Source: Bacteroidota bacterium
GTDB lineage: Bacteria > Bacteroidota > Bacteroidia > Chitinophagales > Saprospiraceae
DNA: 64,000 bases
Assembly: GCA_037130425.1 (NCBI GenBank)
Contig: JBAXTB010000001.1
Span: forward strand, 2,527-66,526
Direction: 5' to 3'
A model generated the notes under the pieces. That model was not told where the DNA came from and made no database searches. It worked only from the letters and a program-made list of their open reading frames with translations. Both the position numbers and the translations under genes were made by a program. Positions 1-9,584 of the stretch are shown piece after piece (the stretch's first letter is position 1; the number at the start of each line of letters is the position of its first letter).

Positions 1-105
1 ACGCAGGAAATCGTTGCCCTTAAAATAAGATGCAATACAAAGGAAGGATATTGGTCTGCTCATGCTTACCCGTTGTTTGATGATTATGTTTATCGCTACA
101 TCTGA
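1..105 (+). CDS. possible 3' end of a CDS entering from the left window edge (34 codons, not identifiable)
   Basis: Frame +1 is open from base 1 to TGA at 103-105. It is too short to assign a family. Confidence 0.2.
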   Translation, partial: TQEIVALKIRCNTKEGYWSAHAYPLFDDYVYRYI

Positions 106-421
106 TTGTAAAACACTTTTTACGGTGTTGCTCAGATAAAAGGCAAAAAACGGAAAAAGTTTTCAAACAAAGGGCAGAAATTAATTTTTGAGGGAGAAAG
201 TTTGCAAAAGACTGCATTTTCAAAAACAATTGTCATCGCAACTTCTCAACCGCCGAGGTCTTATATTATCTGCTTTATGATTAGGGGTGTACTAAAGATT
301 TGTTTTGCTCTATACTTTCATTCCTACTTGTAATACGCAGCCCAGCGCTTGTCATGTCGTAACGCAGTGTAGACAACTACACAATCTGGATTACGACGTA
401 ATGTCTTGAAAAACATTCGAA

Positions 422-454
422 AAAGCCGCTACTCATTTGATGAATAGCGGCTTT
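422..454 (-). terminator. rho-independent-type hairpin downstream of CDS 521..1801
   Basis: AAAGCCGCTA (422-431) pairs with TAGCGGCTTT (445-454). On the minus strand the stem is followed by a T-run (complement of AAAAA at about 417-421). Confidence 0.6.
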
Positions 455-520
455 CTTAAAGTATAATTGCCTGCGCAGGATTAATAAACACCATTTACGC
501 CAATATTTTTACACAATTCC

Positions 521-1801
521 CTATGTCTTCTGGTGCTTCTTCTTGGCTGCCGGAAACAAAATATTGTTCAAAATAAGCCGGTATCCCGGCGAGTTGGGGT
601 GCAGCGCCAAATCCGTGGGCGGATCGCCTACGAAGTGCCGGTAATCTTCCGGGTCGTGGCCACCGTAAAATGTCCAGAAGCCGTAGCCAAAAGTGCCGTG
701 GATATAGCGCGCCTCGGCGGCTGGTTTGTTATCGCCCATGATGAGCACATTGGACTTGATGTATTTTTTCAGAAACGCGGTCGTTTGACCCATAAAACCC
801 TTCACGGTGCGGGTGTGGTTTTGGGTCAACATCGTCGGTACCGGGTCCCATTTGGCCGAAAAATCGAACAAGGTGAAATAATCCTGCTCCGGTACCACGT
901 TGCGCTGTAGGTTGTTGTCGATGGAGGAGTGTTCGTAAATGCCAGGATCGGTAATGACGCTGTAATCCTTGAAGGCAAAGGTTTTGGAATAATCCAGTTT
1001 ACTTTGGCAGTTTGGATCCACACCGTCGCCGTCGAACACCGAGGCACAGATGTCGGTGCCTTCGGCAGAAAGCGCGATGTCGTAGGTATCCGTAGCCGAG
1101 CACATGGCAAACATAAAACCGCCGCCGGCCACGTATTCGGATATTTTTTTGGCCACCGCCAGTTTCAGTTGACTTACTTTATCGAAGCCGTTTTGGCGGG
1201 CCAAAGTTTCCATCAGGTGTACGTGTTCGCGGTACCAGGGCTGGCCGCTGTAACTGGCATAAAACTTACCGAACATGCCGGTAAAATCTTCGTGGTGCAG
1301 GTGCAACCAGTCATATTCGTTTAATTTGCCTTGCAACACCTCGGTATCGTACAGCACATCGTAGGGAATTTCCGCGTAGGTGAGCACCATCGTCACGGCA
1401 TCATCCCAGGGTTGCACGATTTCCCCTTTTTCGTTTTTCTCCGGCGTGTACACCGCAATTTTGGGCGCTTTTTCCAACTTAATTACGTCCATATTTACTT
1501 CCGGATTCAGGATTTCGTTCTGAATGGCGGCAAACTGCGCATCAGCAATGATTTCATAACTGACATTGCGGGTTTTACATTCTTTCTCGAACGTGGGCGT
1601 GTACGCGAAGGCAAAACTGCCGCCCCGGTAATTGAGCAACCACCAGGCTTCCACGCCTTGCGCAATCACCCAATAGGTAATGCCATAAGCCTTGAGGTGG
1701 TTTTTCTGCGACACCTCATCCATGGGAATCAAAATAATCGTTGCGCGTGCCTGCGAGAGGCAGGCGGCTAAAAGGGCAAAAATGATCAATAAACGACGCA
1801 T
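521..1801 (-). CDS. exported conserved hypothetical protein (426 aa). From memory this family is often auto-annotated 'asparagine synthetase B' in Bacteroidota; true function unknown.
   Basis: Long ORF with an N-terminal signal peptide (MRRLLIIFALLAACLSQARA) and GC-rich codon usage. Antisense ORFs in the same span are Arg/Gly-rich noise. Confidence 0.8.
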   Translation of the reverse strand: MRRLLIIFALLAACLSQARATIILIPMDEVSQKNHLKAYGITYWVIAQGVEAWWLLNYRGGSFAFAYTPTFEKECKTRNVSYEIIADAQFAAIQNEILNPEVNMDVIKLEKAPKIAVYTPEKNEKGEIVQPWDDAVTMVLTYAEIPYDVLYDTEVLQGKLNEYDWLHLHHEDFTGMFGKFYASYSGQPWYREHVHLMETLARQNGFDKVSQLKLAVAKKISEYVAGGGFMFAMCSATDTYDIALSAEGTDICASVFDGDGVDPNCQSKLDYSKTFAFKDYSVITDPGIYEHSSIDNNLQRNVVPEQDYFTLFDFSAKWDPVPTMLTQNHTRTVKGFMGQTTAFLKKYIKSNVLIMGDNKPAAEARYIHGTFGYGFWTFYGGHDPEDYRHFVGDPPTDLALHPNSPGYRLILNNILFPAAKKKHQKT

Positions 1802-1814
1802 GTGGTTTGAATTT

Positions 1815-1884
1815 TATGGTGGACGGGAGACGGGAGACGGGAGACGGTGGACGGTGGACGGTGGACGGTGGACAGTTGATGGTG
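1815..1884. repeat. heptanucleotide tandem array, about 10 units of GAYGGKR
   Basis: GACGGGA x3 (1822-1842) is followed by GACGGTG x4 (1843-1870), with degenerate units on both sides. The array starts 14 nt upstream of the ATG of CDS 521..1801 and reads (CACCGTC)4(TCCCGTC)3 on the coding strand. Confidence 0.9.
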
Positions 1885-2022
1885 ATGGAACGTGGGATTG
1901 GGGGAAAAGATTTTCAGATTTCGACAAATTAGGCCCAAAAATACGGGAAAAACCAATTGCACCAATGCGTTACCCGGGTTCTTGTCTTGAAATTAGACAT
2001 TTGACGCCATATAGCGCCTCTT

Positions 2023-2916
2023 CTACTGAACCGTCACTACCAATTTTCCATCTTTGTACACCGCCAAACGCGTGATATTGCGCACGCCGTACTTGCTCAA
2101 ATCCGATATTTCATGCCAATCGGGCGTGCGGCCGGGTTTGTAGATGTATAGTTTGCTTTTGCTGCCCGCGATATAGGCGCCGTCGGGTAATACGGCAAAA
2201 TCCTCCACGCCGAGGGGCATTTTTACGATTTGTTCGGAACTTTGTTTGCGCGGATCCCAGGTTTTTAAAAACCAGGTTTGTTCGGTCGCTTTGATAATGT
2301 ATGCCAATTTACCATTGGGCAATGCTTGTAATCCGCGCCCGACATTGGCGGCGATGCGCATCAGTTTTTGCCCCTTGGTCCCGCAAGCATACAAGGTGTG
2401 CGGTTGGCCGTTTTCTCCCACAATAAACAAAGCCGCCAGGGTGTCGCGCAGCCAGCAATGGTAGCCCACGCCGCGTATTTGCGGAAACTCTGGACGACCG
2501 TTATCGGAACGATCCAAGGGAAAAGACCAGAGCCGCTGCGTACCGTCTTCCTCCACGCGCACGGCGGAAAAACGTCGGCCGCCGGGCATGGGCTGTGCCG
2601 AATATTCTGCTGTTTTTGGGGTATTTGTTATGGATGTGCGTTGTTTGGAGGCAATATTAAGGGAAACGATGTCGGTTTGGGTCGTGTCATTAGGCATTTG
2701 AACGGTCAGATACAGTTCGTCGGCGCTGAAAAATGCCGGTTGGTTGTTGTAGCCGCCGGGGTTAAATTTGCTTAAAAAACGCGGGTTGCCCACATGCCAG
2801 CTGCTGTCGGCCGATTGGTTGGCGGAAAGCAGGATTAGGTCGAAATGTTCAAGTTTTTGCGCTGCGAGTGAGGCGCTTAACAGGAGAATAAGGGGAAAAA
2901 TAAGTTTTACTGACAT
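2023..2916 (-). CDS. exported hypothetical protein (297 aa), possibly a beta-propeller (TolB/WD40-like)
   Basis: Signal peptide MSVKLIFPLILLLSASLAAQ. The sequence shows repeated strand-turn patterns, but no catalytic motif was recognised. Confidence 0.75.
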   Translation of the reverse strand: MSVKLIFPLILLLSASLAAQKLEHFDLILLSANQSADSSWHVGNPRFLSKFNPGGYNNQPAFFSADELYLTVQMPNDTTQTDIVSLNIASKQRTSITNTPKTAEYSAQPMPGGRRFSAVRVEEDGTQRLWSFPLDRSDNGRPEFPQIRGVGYHCWLRDTLAALFIVGENGQPHTLYACGTKGQKLMRIAANVGRGLQALPNGKLAYIIKATEQTWFLKTWDPRKQSSEQIVKMPLGVEDFAVLPDGAYIAGSKSKLYIYKPGRTPDWHEISDLSKYGVRNITRLAVYKDGKLVVTVQ

Positions 2917-2989
2917 CGTGTTTTGTTTGTTTGCCCAAATGGCTGATCCTGATCTTCGAGCACAAAGGTATGTTATGCAAGCATAAAAA

Positions 2990-3032
2990 AGAGGGATGAC
3001 AAAACCGCTGTATTCGGTTCTATCATCCCTCT
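2990..3032 (-). terminator. long imperfect hairpin downstream of CDS 3056..5884
   Basis: AGAGGGATGA (2990-2999) pairs with TCATCCCTCT (3023-3032), with further inner pairs. A6 on the left gives a T6 tail on the minus strand; a T6 tail is also present on the plus strand. Confidence 0.6.
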
Positions 3033-3055
3033 GATTTTTTGGTGGCGGTACTATG

Positions 3056-5884
3056 TTAAGCGTAAAGCCAGTATAAATACCCGTTATCGCTATTCAGGTC
3101 GCACCGTACCATGTGTATTAAGCCTTTGTTACCTACCATCGCCGGAGCATGTTGCGTTTGCATCACGCCGCCATTGGCATCAACTTCCAAATTGCCATAC
3201 CAGGTTTCTGTGTCCATAAGCAAAATAGAGCATTTTAGATTGCTGTTTTCATCAATACGAGCCATGATCATACCGTTGTTGCAATTGGTCAACGCAAGGC
3301 CGTATGTGGTATCGGGATTCATTGTGTGCCCCCCCGACAAGGTGTTGATATTTCCTTTACTGGTCCAGGAAAACGGCAGTGTGTTTTGATAAGGTGTCGC
3401 ACTTGCCGGTTGGCTGTACTCTGCCCAAGCGATTTTGTTATCGTTATTGTTATCGTTATTGTTATCGTTATTGTTATCGTTATTAACGGTCTCAAAAACC
3501 ATAATCATTTTACCTGCCGTAGCAGCAAGCGCAGGTCTTAAATCCGATTCGAACTGATTGAGATTCGAATCTTTCATGCCTCCTAAGTCTGTCCATGTAT
3601 TACCTGCTATATCGTAGGTCATCCAATTCAGGTTATTGCTGGAACTGGTTGGGCGATACACGATATAGATCAATCCCTGGAAAAAACAAGCCGCTACCGG
3701 TTGCGTGGATGCTACGCCGTTCGTGGTCGGCACAATCGGGCTGCTCCAGGTATTGCCGGCAATGTTGTAGGTCATATAGGTAATGTAGTTATGGTTATTC
3801 TTGTCGATAAAGAAAACATACCATATACCATTGACGATGACCGATGCCAACGAGTGCGATGTATTCGCGTGATTGGTACTGCCATTAACCTGATAGGAGA
3901 GTTCAGACATGATCGTCCATGTGATTTTGTCTGTCTTATGGCTGGGGCTGAAACCGGAAATATCAGATTTGGCCCAGCGGATCCTGGAACTATTGCTGCT
4001 TTCCTCTTGATAGGCCATGTACAGCACATCATTCCAACAATCGAGGGTAGGTGAATTGGGCGACTGAGGCGTGGTAGCGCTGTCTTTCACTTTTACATTG
4101 CCCATCCAGGTGGGGTTTAAGTTGGCAAAACCACTGTCATAAATCGTTTCATACGTAATTGAGTTCAGCGGTAGACTGTTTGGCGTACCTTGGTTTTGCC
4201 CCCATGCCGGGAATTGCAGGTATCGCACTGTAATCTGATCCGCATTATATGTAGTGCCATCAGTCCCGATGTATAAAATTGCCCCTGCATGGTTGTACAG
4301 CCCCGTTGTTGTGTCTTTTTGGACGGTCCCCATGTTACTGTTTTTCGGAACAGCCGGGTAGTTCACTGCGTAAGGCGTATCACCCTCATCCGTTGCTTCA
4401 TACGCACTGCTGCCGAGCAGCCTGCCTTTGTTAAGTCCCTGTAAACCATCTAAATACATGGCATAAGTATGTTCATGTCCCCAGAACCAGGCTGCAACTT
4501 TATTGAAGCGCGATTCAAATGTTTTTCGGAGCGACTTATTGATGTATTGCGGGGATTCATGGTCAATCTCGGCTTCACTGGAAAATAACTGGTGGTGGGA
4601 TAGTAAAATGGTTTTTCCCTCGAAACTATCAATCCTGCTCGTTAACCAAGCCACTTCATCATCGCGGAGCTGGGGTTCAAAGGGGCCTACCACATTTTGA
4701 TACGCATTCATGGCCAAATCGGCTGTCCAATCGAGCCAGGATGGAATTTCATCTTCTATCCATGTTTTGACCAAGCCTCCAATGGCCTGAAGTAATGACT
4801 CCAGTGCATTGTAATCATCCTGGCCGGTATCCATTCCCATGAATTGCCATTTGCCGTTCTCCGTTTGCAAATTAAAGAAGCTACAGGTTTGTTGCATGGA
4901 TCCGCTGATGGAGCCGTTAGAGGTGGGGTAAATTACATTCTGGTTTAGTCGATCCAGCAGTTGGAAGTAGCCGTAACCGCCGGCGTAATATTCGTGGTTG
5001 CCTGGAATGGTAAATATCGGTGGTCTGCTATGGAAAGCATTTCCGTTTAGCCCTGTGGAGTATTTTTGGGCAAGGTTAGCGCCGACCGTTTGGAATACAT
5101 TGAAAAAATAATCCTCACATTCCACAGGCAAACCGCTGTAATAAATATCTCCAAGGTGTATAAAAACGATATACTTTTCAGGGTGTGTACTAAAGGCATG
5201 ATCCCAAATGGATTGCAGGAAAGTAACCGCATCATCCATGCCGGTGCCCCAGTCGCCCAACATAATGATTTGGGTATCATTGGGCATTTTCCATGGCAAA
5301 GTTCCATAATTCGGATAAGCCGTTGACGACCGATACTGGCAGGAAGCATGAGGCATAACAGTTCGTACCGTATGAATGATATGCTGATATTCCGTATATT
5401 GCTCCTGTGTAAGGAAATCGGAGGAATGGTCTTTTAATAATTTCAGTAGTTTATCCAGTACTGTATTGTCCAGGTGGTTCCCAAACAAACCAAGAAACAT
5501 AGCCAATGTAAGCGCAAAACCAAAAGTATCTGCGGTACTGAAGCTTACAATATTATTTGCGTTGTTGTAATCTGTGAGCCGAGATTCAAAAATGTCATAA
5601 TCAATCCCGAATGTTGTCACAAATGGAATCGCTGTGGTGGCCAGCATTAAATACTGTTGGGAACTGTAGGCCAGCCTGTCGAGTAAGGGAGCGTCATCGG
5701 CAGGTCTGTCGAGCAGTTTACCTGCCTCCAGCGACCGGAGTTGGTGGTAGGTTGCCAGCATCATCGGGTTATTCCGAATCTGATTGATTGTCTGGTCTGG
5801 GTATTTTTGTCTGAGATACTGCTCCACTGAACTTGCCCATCGCGCGGCCAGTGGATTACTTGGGTTATAAAACCTCGTTGTCAT
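3056..5884 (-). CDS. calcineurin-like metallophosphoesterase fused to C-terminal propeller/lectin-like repeats (942 aa)
   Basis: Motifs in canonical order: GDWGTG, GDIYYSG, GNHEY, GHEHT. The C-terminal half has repeated hydrophobic-strand / W-Y motifs (YITYMTYNIAGNTWSSP, LNWMTYDIAGNTWTDLG, KIAWAEYSQ). No signal peptide is visible. Confidence 0.85.
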   Translation of the reverse strand: MTTRFYNPSNPLAARWASSVEQYLRQKYPDQTINQIRNNPMMLATYHQLRSLEAGKLLDRPADDAPLLDRLAYSSQQYLMLATTAIPFVTTFGIDYDIFESRLTDYNNANNIVSFSTADTFGFALTLAMFLGLFGNHLDNTVLDKLLKLLKDHSSDFLTQEQYTEYQHIIHTVRTVMPHASCQYRSSTAYPNYGTLPWKMPNDTQIIMLGDWGTGMDDAVTFLQSIWDHAFSTHPEKYIVFIHLGDIYYSGLPVECEDYFFNVFQTVGANLAQKYSTGLNGNAFHSRPPIFTIPGNHEYYAGGYGYFQLLDRLNQNVIYPTSNGSISGSMQQTCSFFNLQTENGKWQFMGMDTGQDDYNALESLLQAIGGLVKTWIEDEIPSWLDWTADLAMNAYQNVVGPFEPQLRDDEVAWLTSRIDSFEGKTILLSHHQLFSSEAEIDHESPQYINKSLRKTFESRFNKVAAWFWGHEHTYAMYLDGLQGLNKGRLLGSSAYEATDEGDTPYAVNYPAVPKNSNMGTVQKDTTTGLYNHAGAILYIGTDGTTYNADQITVRYLQFPAWGQNQGTPNSLPLNSITYETIYDSGFANLNPTWMGNVKVKDSATTPQSPNSPTLDCWNDVLYMAYQEESSNSSRIRWAKSDISGFSPSHKTDKITWTIMSELSYQVNGSTNHANTSHSLASVIVNGIWYVFFIDKNNHNYITYMTYNIAGNTWSSPIVPTTNGVASTQPVAACFFQGLIYIVYRPTSSSNNLNWMTYDIAGNTWTDLGGMKDSNLNQFESDLRPALAATAGKMIMVFETVNNDNNNDNNNDNNNDNKIAWAEYSQPASATPYQNTLPFSWTSKGNINTLSGGHTMNPDTTYGLALTNCNNGMIMARIDENSNLKCSILLMDTETWYGNLEVDANGGVMQTQHAPAMVGNKGLIHMVRCDLNSDNGYLYWLYA
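3437..3484. repeat. perfect 4 x 12-bp in-frame tandem repeat (GTTATCGTTATT) encoding an (NNDN)n tract
   Basis: Four identical 12-mers were read directly. They lie inside CDS 3056..5884 and translate to NNDNNNDNNNDNNNDN. Confidence 0.95.
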
Positions 5885-5949
5885 AAATTAGGATAAAATT
5901 TAATGGTTAAAAAATGAAGAAATACACCAGATTGACTTGTAAACAAAAA

Positions 5950-5982
5950 TGTCGTTTCGCGAATGGCTTCACCGAAACGACA
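5950..5982 (-). terminator. hairpin downstream of CDS 6068..6625
   Basis: TGTCGTTTCG (5950-5959) pairs with CGAAACGACA (5973-5982). On the minus strand the stem is followed by ATTTTTG. Confidence 0.6.
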
Positions 5983-6067
5983 GTGCAAAACTGCATTTAT
6001 TTAACCGTCTTACATATAAGTATAAAAACGTATTTATAGAAACAGGTATTTATACCTGATCGTCTCA

Positions 6068-6625
6068 TTAGCCTTCCGCCAACGCCTTTAATTTTTCATT
6101 CATGGCGTCAAATCCCTGAATCGTATCCACATCCAGCATTTTTTTGAAAAGCGGGACTAAAATGCCGCGAAAACGTTCGTACTGCTTGAACAACACCGTG
6201 CCGTTGCCTTGGTCTTCGAGTATAAAAGTATGTTCTCCATCGAAGAGGCGCGACAAACCCAACTTGCCGATCCAGCGAAATTCCCGGTTGGGTGTAAATT
6301 GCAACACGCGTGGTACAAAGTGCATCCCTTTTTGTCCCGGCGGCTGAATAAATGCTTTGATGTTACCGCCCACTTCGGGTTTTCCTTCAATGGTTTTGAT
6401 AAACGGATTCCAGTCAGGATAGGCGTTGAAATTGGTGAGTATGGCCCAGATTTTTTCCGGTGTGGCACGGATCAGGATTTCGGTATAAATTAATTTTCCA
6501 TGTTTAATTACTTGTCCGGTAGCCTGTTGGTTGTGATTCGTTTGCATGACCTTGTTTGTTTGTGCCGGCATTCCAGACAAACTGATTTGGAAGGCGATGG
6601 CGGTGAAGATGAATTTTGTGAACAT
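6068..6625 (-). CDS. SRPBCC (polyketide cyclase/START-like) domain protein with signal peptide (185 aa)
   Basis: The segment EKIWAILTNFNAYPDWNPFI...FRWIGKLG...FDGEHTFILE is typical of SRPBCC family proteins. The N-terminus is hydrophobic. Confidence 0.8.
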   Translation of the reverse strand: MFTKFIFTAIAFQISLSGMPAQTNKVMQTNHNQQATGQVIKHGKLIYTEILIRATPEKIWAILTNFNAYPDWNPFIKTIEGKPEVGGNIKAFIQPPGQKGMHFVPRVLQFTPNREFRWIGKLGLSRLFDGEHTFILEDQGNGTVLFKQYERFRGILVPLFKKMLDVDTIQGFDAMNEKLKALAEG

Positions 6626-6704
6626 GATTTGTTGTTTTTGATGTCACAAAATTGCGGCGACCGCCAGGCCCGAAACGATAACAAAAGATAATAAAACGAA
6701 CCAA

Positions 6705-9584
6705 CTACAACTCCCCAACCAAAAACTGCCCGGTCCAGCTGCCTTTCACCTTGGCCACTTCCTCAGGCGTACCTGCGCACACGATGTTGCCGCCGCGTTT
6801 ACCGCCGTCGGGGCCTACATCCACCAAATAATCGGCCTGTTTGATTACATCGAGGTTGTGCTCAATGACGATGATGGTGTTGCCTTTTTCCACGAGTTTG
6901 TTCAACACGGAAAGCAATTGACGGATGTCTTCAAAATGCAGGCCGGTGGTAGGTTCGTCTAAGATATAAATGGTGCGGCCAGTGTCTTTTTTAGACAGTT
7001 CTTCGGCGAGTTTTACGCGTTGGGCTTCGCCGCCGGAGAGGGTCGTGGCCTGTTGTCCGAGCGTAATATAACCAAGGCCCACGTCTTGTAAGGTCTTGAT
7101 TTTGCGGTAAATCGTAGGAATCGGTTCAAAAAACTCAACCGCCTCCGCAATGGTCATGTCTAATACTTCGGAAATACTTTTCCCTTTGTACAGCACTTCC
7201 AGCGTTTCGCGGTTGTAGCGCCGGCCCATACAACGTTCGCAAGGCACGCTCACATCGGGCAGGAAATTCATTTCAATCACCCGCATACCGCCCCCTTCGC
7301 ACACCTCGCAGCGACCGCCTTTTACATTAAAGGAAAAACGTCCCGGCGCGTAGCCGCGAATACGGGCTTCCGGGGTATCGGAAAATAGTTTGCGAATATC
7401 GCCGAACACGCCGGTGTAAGTGGCCGGATTGGAACGCGGCGTGCGACCAATGGCGCTTTGGTCGATTTCAATGACTTTATCTAACAAATCAAGCCCTTCC
7501 ACCGATTTATACGGCAGCGGGCGTTTGAGGCTGTTGTAAAAATGCTGCTGCAAAATGGGGTACAGCGTTTCATTGATCAAACTCGATTTACCCGAACCGC
7601 TCACGCCTGTCACACAAATAAAGGTGCCGAGCGGCAGTTTAATACCTACATTTTTCAAGTTATGACCCGTTGCGCCTTGTAAACTCAGCCATTTCCCGCT
7701 TCCACTGCGGCGCACCGCCGGGATTTCAATTTTACTGCGGTTGGCTAAATAGTCGCTCGTGATGGTTTTGTTGCGCATGAACTCGGTCGGCGTACCGATG
7801 TCGACGATGCTGCCGCCGTGTTTGCCCGCGCCGGGGCCCATGTCGATCAGGTAATCCGATTCGAGCATGATGTCTTTATCATGTTCCACCACCAACACCG
7901 TATTGCCGATGTCGCGCAGGGCTTTGAGGGCCGAAATGAGGCGCATGTTGTCGCGCTGGTGCAAACCGATGGACGGTTCGTCGAGGATGTACGTGATGCC
8001 CGTGAGTTGGGAGCCGATTTGCGTGGCCAAGCGAATCCGCTGACTTTCGCCGCCCGACAAGGTGCGCGAGGGGCGGTTCAGCGCCAGATAATCAAGGCCC
8101 ACCTGCAATAGAAACTTGAGGCGGAATCGAATTTCCTTCAGCACGTCTTTGGCGATCATGCGCTGGCGTTCGCTCATGCCGTCTTCGATGCCTTCGAGGG
8201 CGCGCTGCAGTTCGGTGAGGTCCTGATCGGCCAGTTCCGAGATGTTTTTGTCGCCGATTTTAAACCAAAGGCTTTCTTTTTTGAGCCGGGTGCCGTTGCA
8301 TTCCGGGCAGGTGGCGACCACCATAAAATCTTCGGCCCATTGGCGGATTTTTTCGGAGCCAGTGTCTGAGTACCAGCGTTTGAGCATGTTGATAATGCCC
8401 TCGGCCGCTAAGTTGTAGGTCCATTCGTCGCCGCCGTAGGTCGTGGTCACTTCAAGGGGTTCGCCGCCGTTCAGGATAATGTCCATCGCTTTTTCCGGGA
8501 TGTCTTTCACCGGTGTGTCGAAGGTAAATTTGTGCTTTTTGGCCAGCGCGCGCAACTGTTTGAAATTTACATTATCCCGCACTTCGCCTAAGGGGGCAAT
8601 GCCTATTTCATTGATACTCTTCGTGTTATCAGGAATAATCCGATTCATGTCAGCCTCGTACACTTCGCCTAAGCCCTTGCAATGCGGGCACATGCCGTAG
8701 GGGCTGTTAAACGAAAACGTGTTCGGAGAAGGTTCTTCATACGAAATGCCCGACTCGTGGCACATCAGCCGTTTGGAATAATTAATGGCCGGACTTTGGC
8801 CTTCGTAATCCTGCACCTGCACCATGCCGTCGCCCAAACGCAGGGCCGTTTTTACACTTTCGGCAATGCGTTCGCCGCGATCGTCGCCCACTTTCAGGCG
8901 ATCCACCACAATTTCGATATCGTGTATTTTGTAACGGTCGATTTGCATGCCTGGCGTAATGTCTAAGATCTCACCATCGACGCGCACTTTTGTATAACCC
9001 TGTTTGCGGATTTGTTCGAACAACTCACGGTAATGGCCCTTGCGCGAGCGTACCACCGGCGCAAGCAGCACGATTTTTTGGCCCTCATAACGCTCCTGCA
9101 CGTTGCTGATGATCTGCTCTTCAGTGAATTTCACCATTTTTTTGCCCGTCACGTAGGAATAAGCCTCCCCCGCGCGGGCGTACAACAGGCGCAGGAAATC
9201 GTACACCTCCGTCACCGTGCCCACCGTGGAGCGCGGGTTGCGGCCGGTCGTTTTTTGCTCGATGCTGATAACCGGACTCAGGCCCGTGATCTGTTCCACA
9301 TCCGGGCGTTCCATTTCACCGATAAACTGCCGGGCGTAACTCGACAGGGTTTCCATAAAACGTCGCTGCCCTTCGGCATAAATCGTATCAAAGGCTAAGG
9401 AACTTTTGCCCGAACCGCTAACGCCTGTGATGACCACTAATTGATTGCGGGGAATGCGCACATCCACGTTTTTGAGGTTGTTTACGCGGGCGCCTGTGAC
9501 CTCAATAAAATCCTGCTGCGCGCCGGGTTGCGCGGGCGAATCAGTAACCGGAACCGGTTTTTCTTTCGTTTTTGACTTTGCCAT
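6705..9584 (-). CDS. uvrA: excinuclease ABC subunit A
   Basis: 959 aa with two ABC ATPase modules (GVSGSGKSS twice; LSGGE signatures), zinc-finger Cys clusters (CPHCKGLG, CPECNG, CEVCEGGG) and full-length UvrA architecture. Confidence 0.97.
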   Translation of the reverse strand: MAKSKTKEKPVPVTDSPAQPGAQQDFIEVTGARVNNLKNVDVRIPRNQLVVITGVSGSGKSSLAFDTIYAEGQRRFMETLSSYARQFIGEMERPDVEQITGLSPVISIEQKTTGRNPRSTVGTVTEVYDFLRLLYARAGEAYSYVTGKKMVKFTEEQIISNVQERYEGQKIVLLAPVVRSRKGHYRELFEQIRKQGYTKVRVDGEILDITPGMQIDRYKIHDIEIVVDRLKVGDDRGERIAESVKTALRLGDGMVQVQDYEGQSPAINYSKRLMCHESGISYEEPSPNTFSFNSPYGMCPHCKGLGEVYEADMNRIIPDNTKSINEIGIAPLGEVRDNVNFKQLRALAKKHKFTFDTPVKDIPEKAMDIILNGGEPLEVTTTYGGDEWTYNLAAEGIINMLKRWYSDTGSEKIRQWAEDFMVVATCPECNGTRLKKESLWFKIGDKNISELADQDLTELQRALEGIEDGMSERQRMIAKDVLKEIRFRLKFLLQVGLDYLALNRPSRTLSGGESQRIRLATQIGSQLTGITYILDEPSIGLHQRDNMRLISALKALRDIGNTVLVVEHDKDIMLESDYLIDMGPGAGKHGGSIVDIGTPTEFMRNKTITSDYLANRSKIEIPAVRRSGSGKWLSLQGATGHNLKNVGIKLPLGTFICVTGVSGSGKSSLINETLYPILQQHFYNSLKRPLPYKSVEGLDLLDKVIEIDQSAIGRTPRSNPATYTGVFGDIRKLFSDTPEARIRGYAPGRFSFNVKGGRCEVCEGGGMRVIEMNFLPDVSVPCERCMGRRYNRETLEVLYKGKSISEVLDMTIAEAVEFFEPIPTIYRKIKTLQDVGLGYITLGQQATTLSGGEAQRVKLAEELSKKDTGRTIYILDEPTTGLHFEDIRQLLSVLNKLVEKGNTIIVIEHNLDVIKQADYLVDVGPDGGKRGGNIVCAGTPEEVAKVKGSWTGQFLVGEL

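Noticed and set aside
20-229. A 69-codon minus-strand ORF at the left edge.
   Set aside because: It has no motifs, sits in an AT-rich spacer and overlaps the possible 3' end of a plus-strand gene. There is not enough evidence to call it.
356-397. A nested hairpin: GTCGTAA...TTACGAC enclosing GTGTAG-ACAA-CTACAC. It could be a small RNA or riboswitch-like structure.
   Set aside because: The stems are short (7 bp and 6 bp), it resembles no RNA family I can recall, and there is no obvious associated gene. It could be re-examined with Infernal/Rfam.
1815-1884. Whether the tandem or mirror repeats at 1.8, 29.4 and 33.4 kb could be CRISPR arrays.
   Set aside because: The units are 7-11 nt, or ~65 bp in inverted orientation, with no unique spacers of regular length, and there are no cas genes. 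These are not CRISPR arrays.
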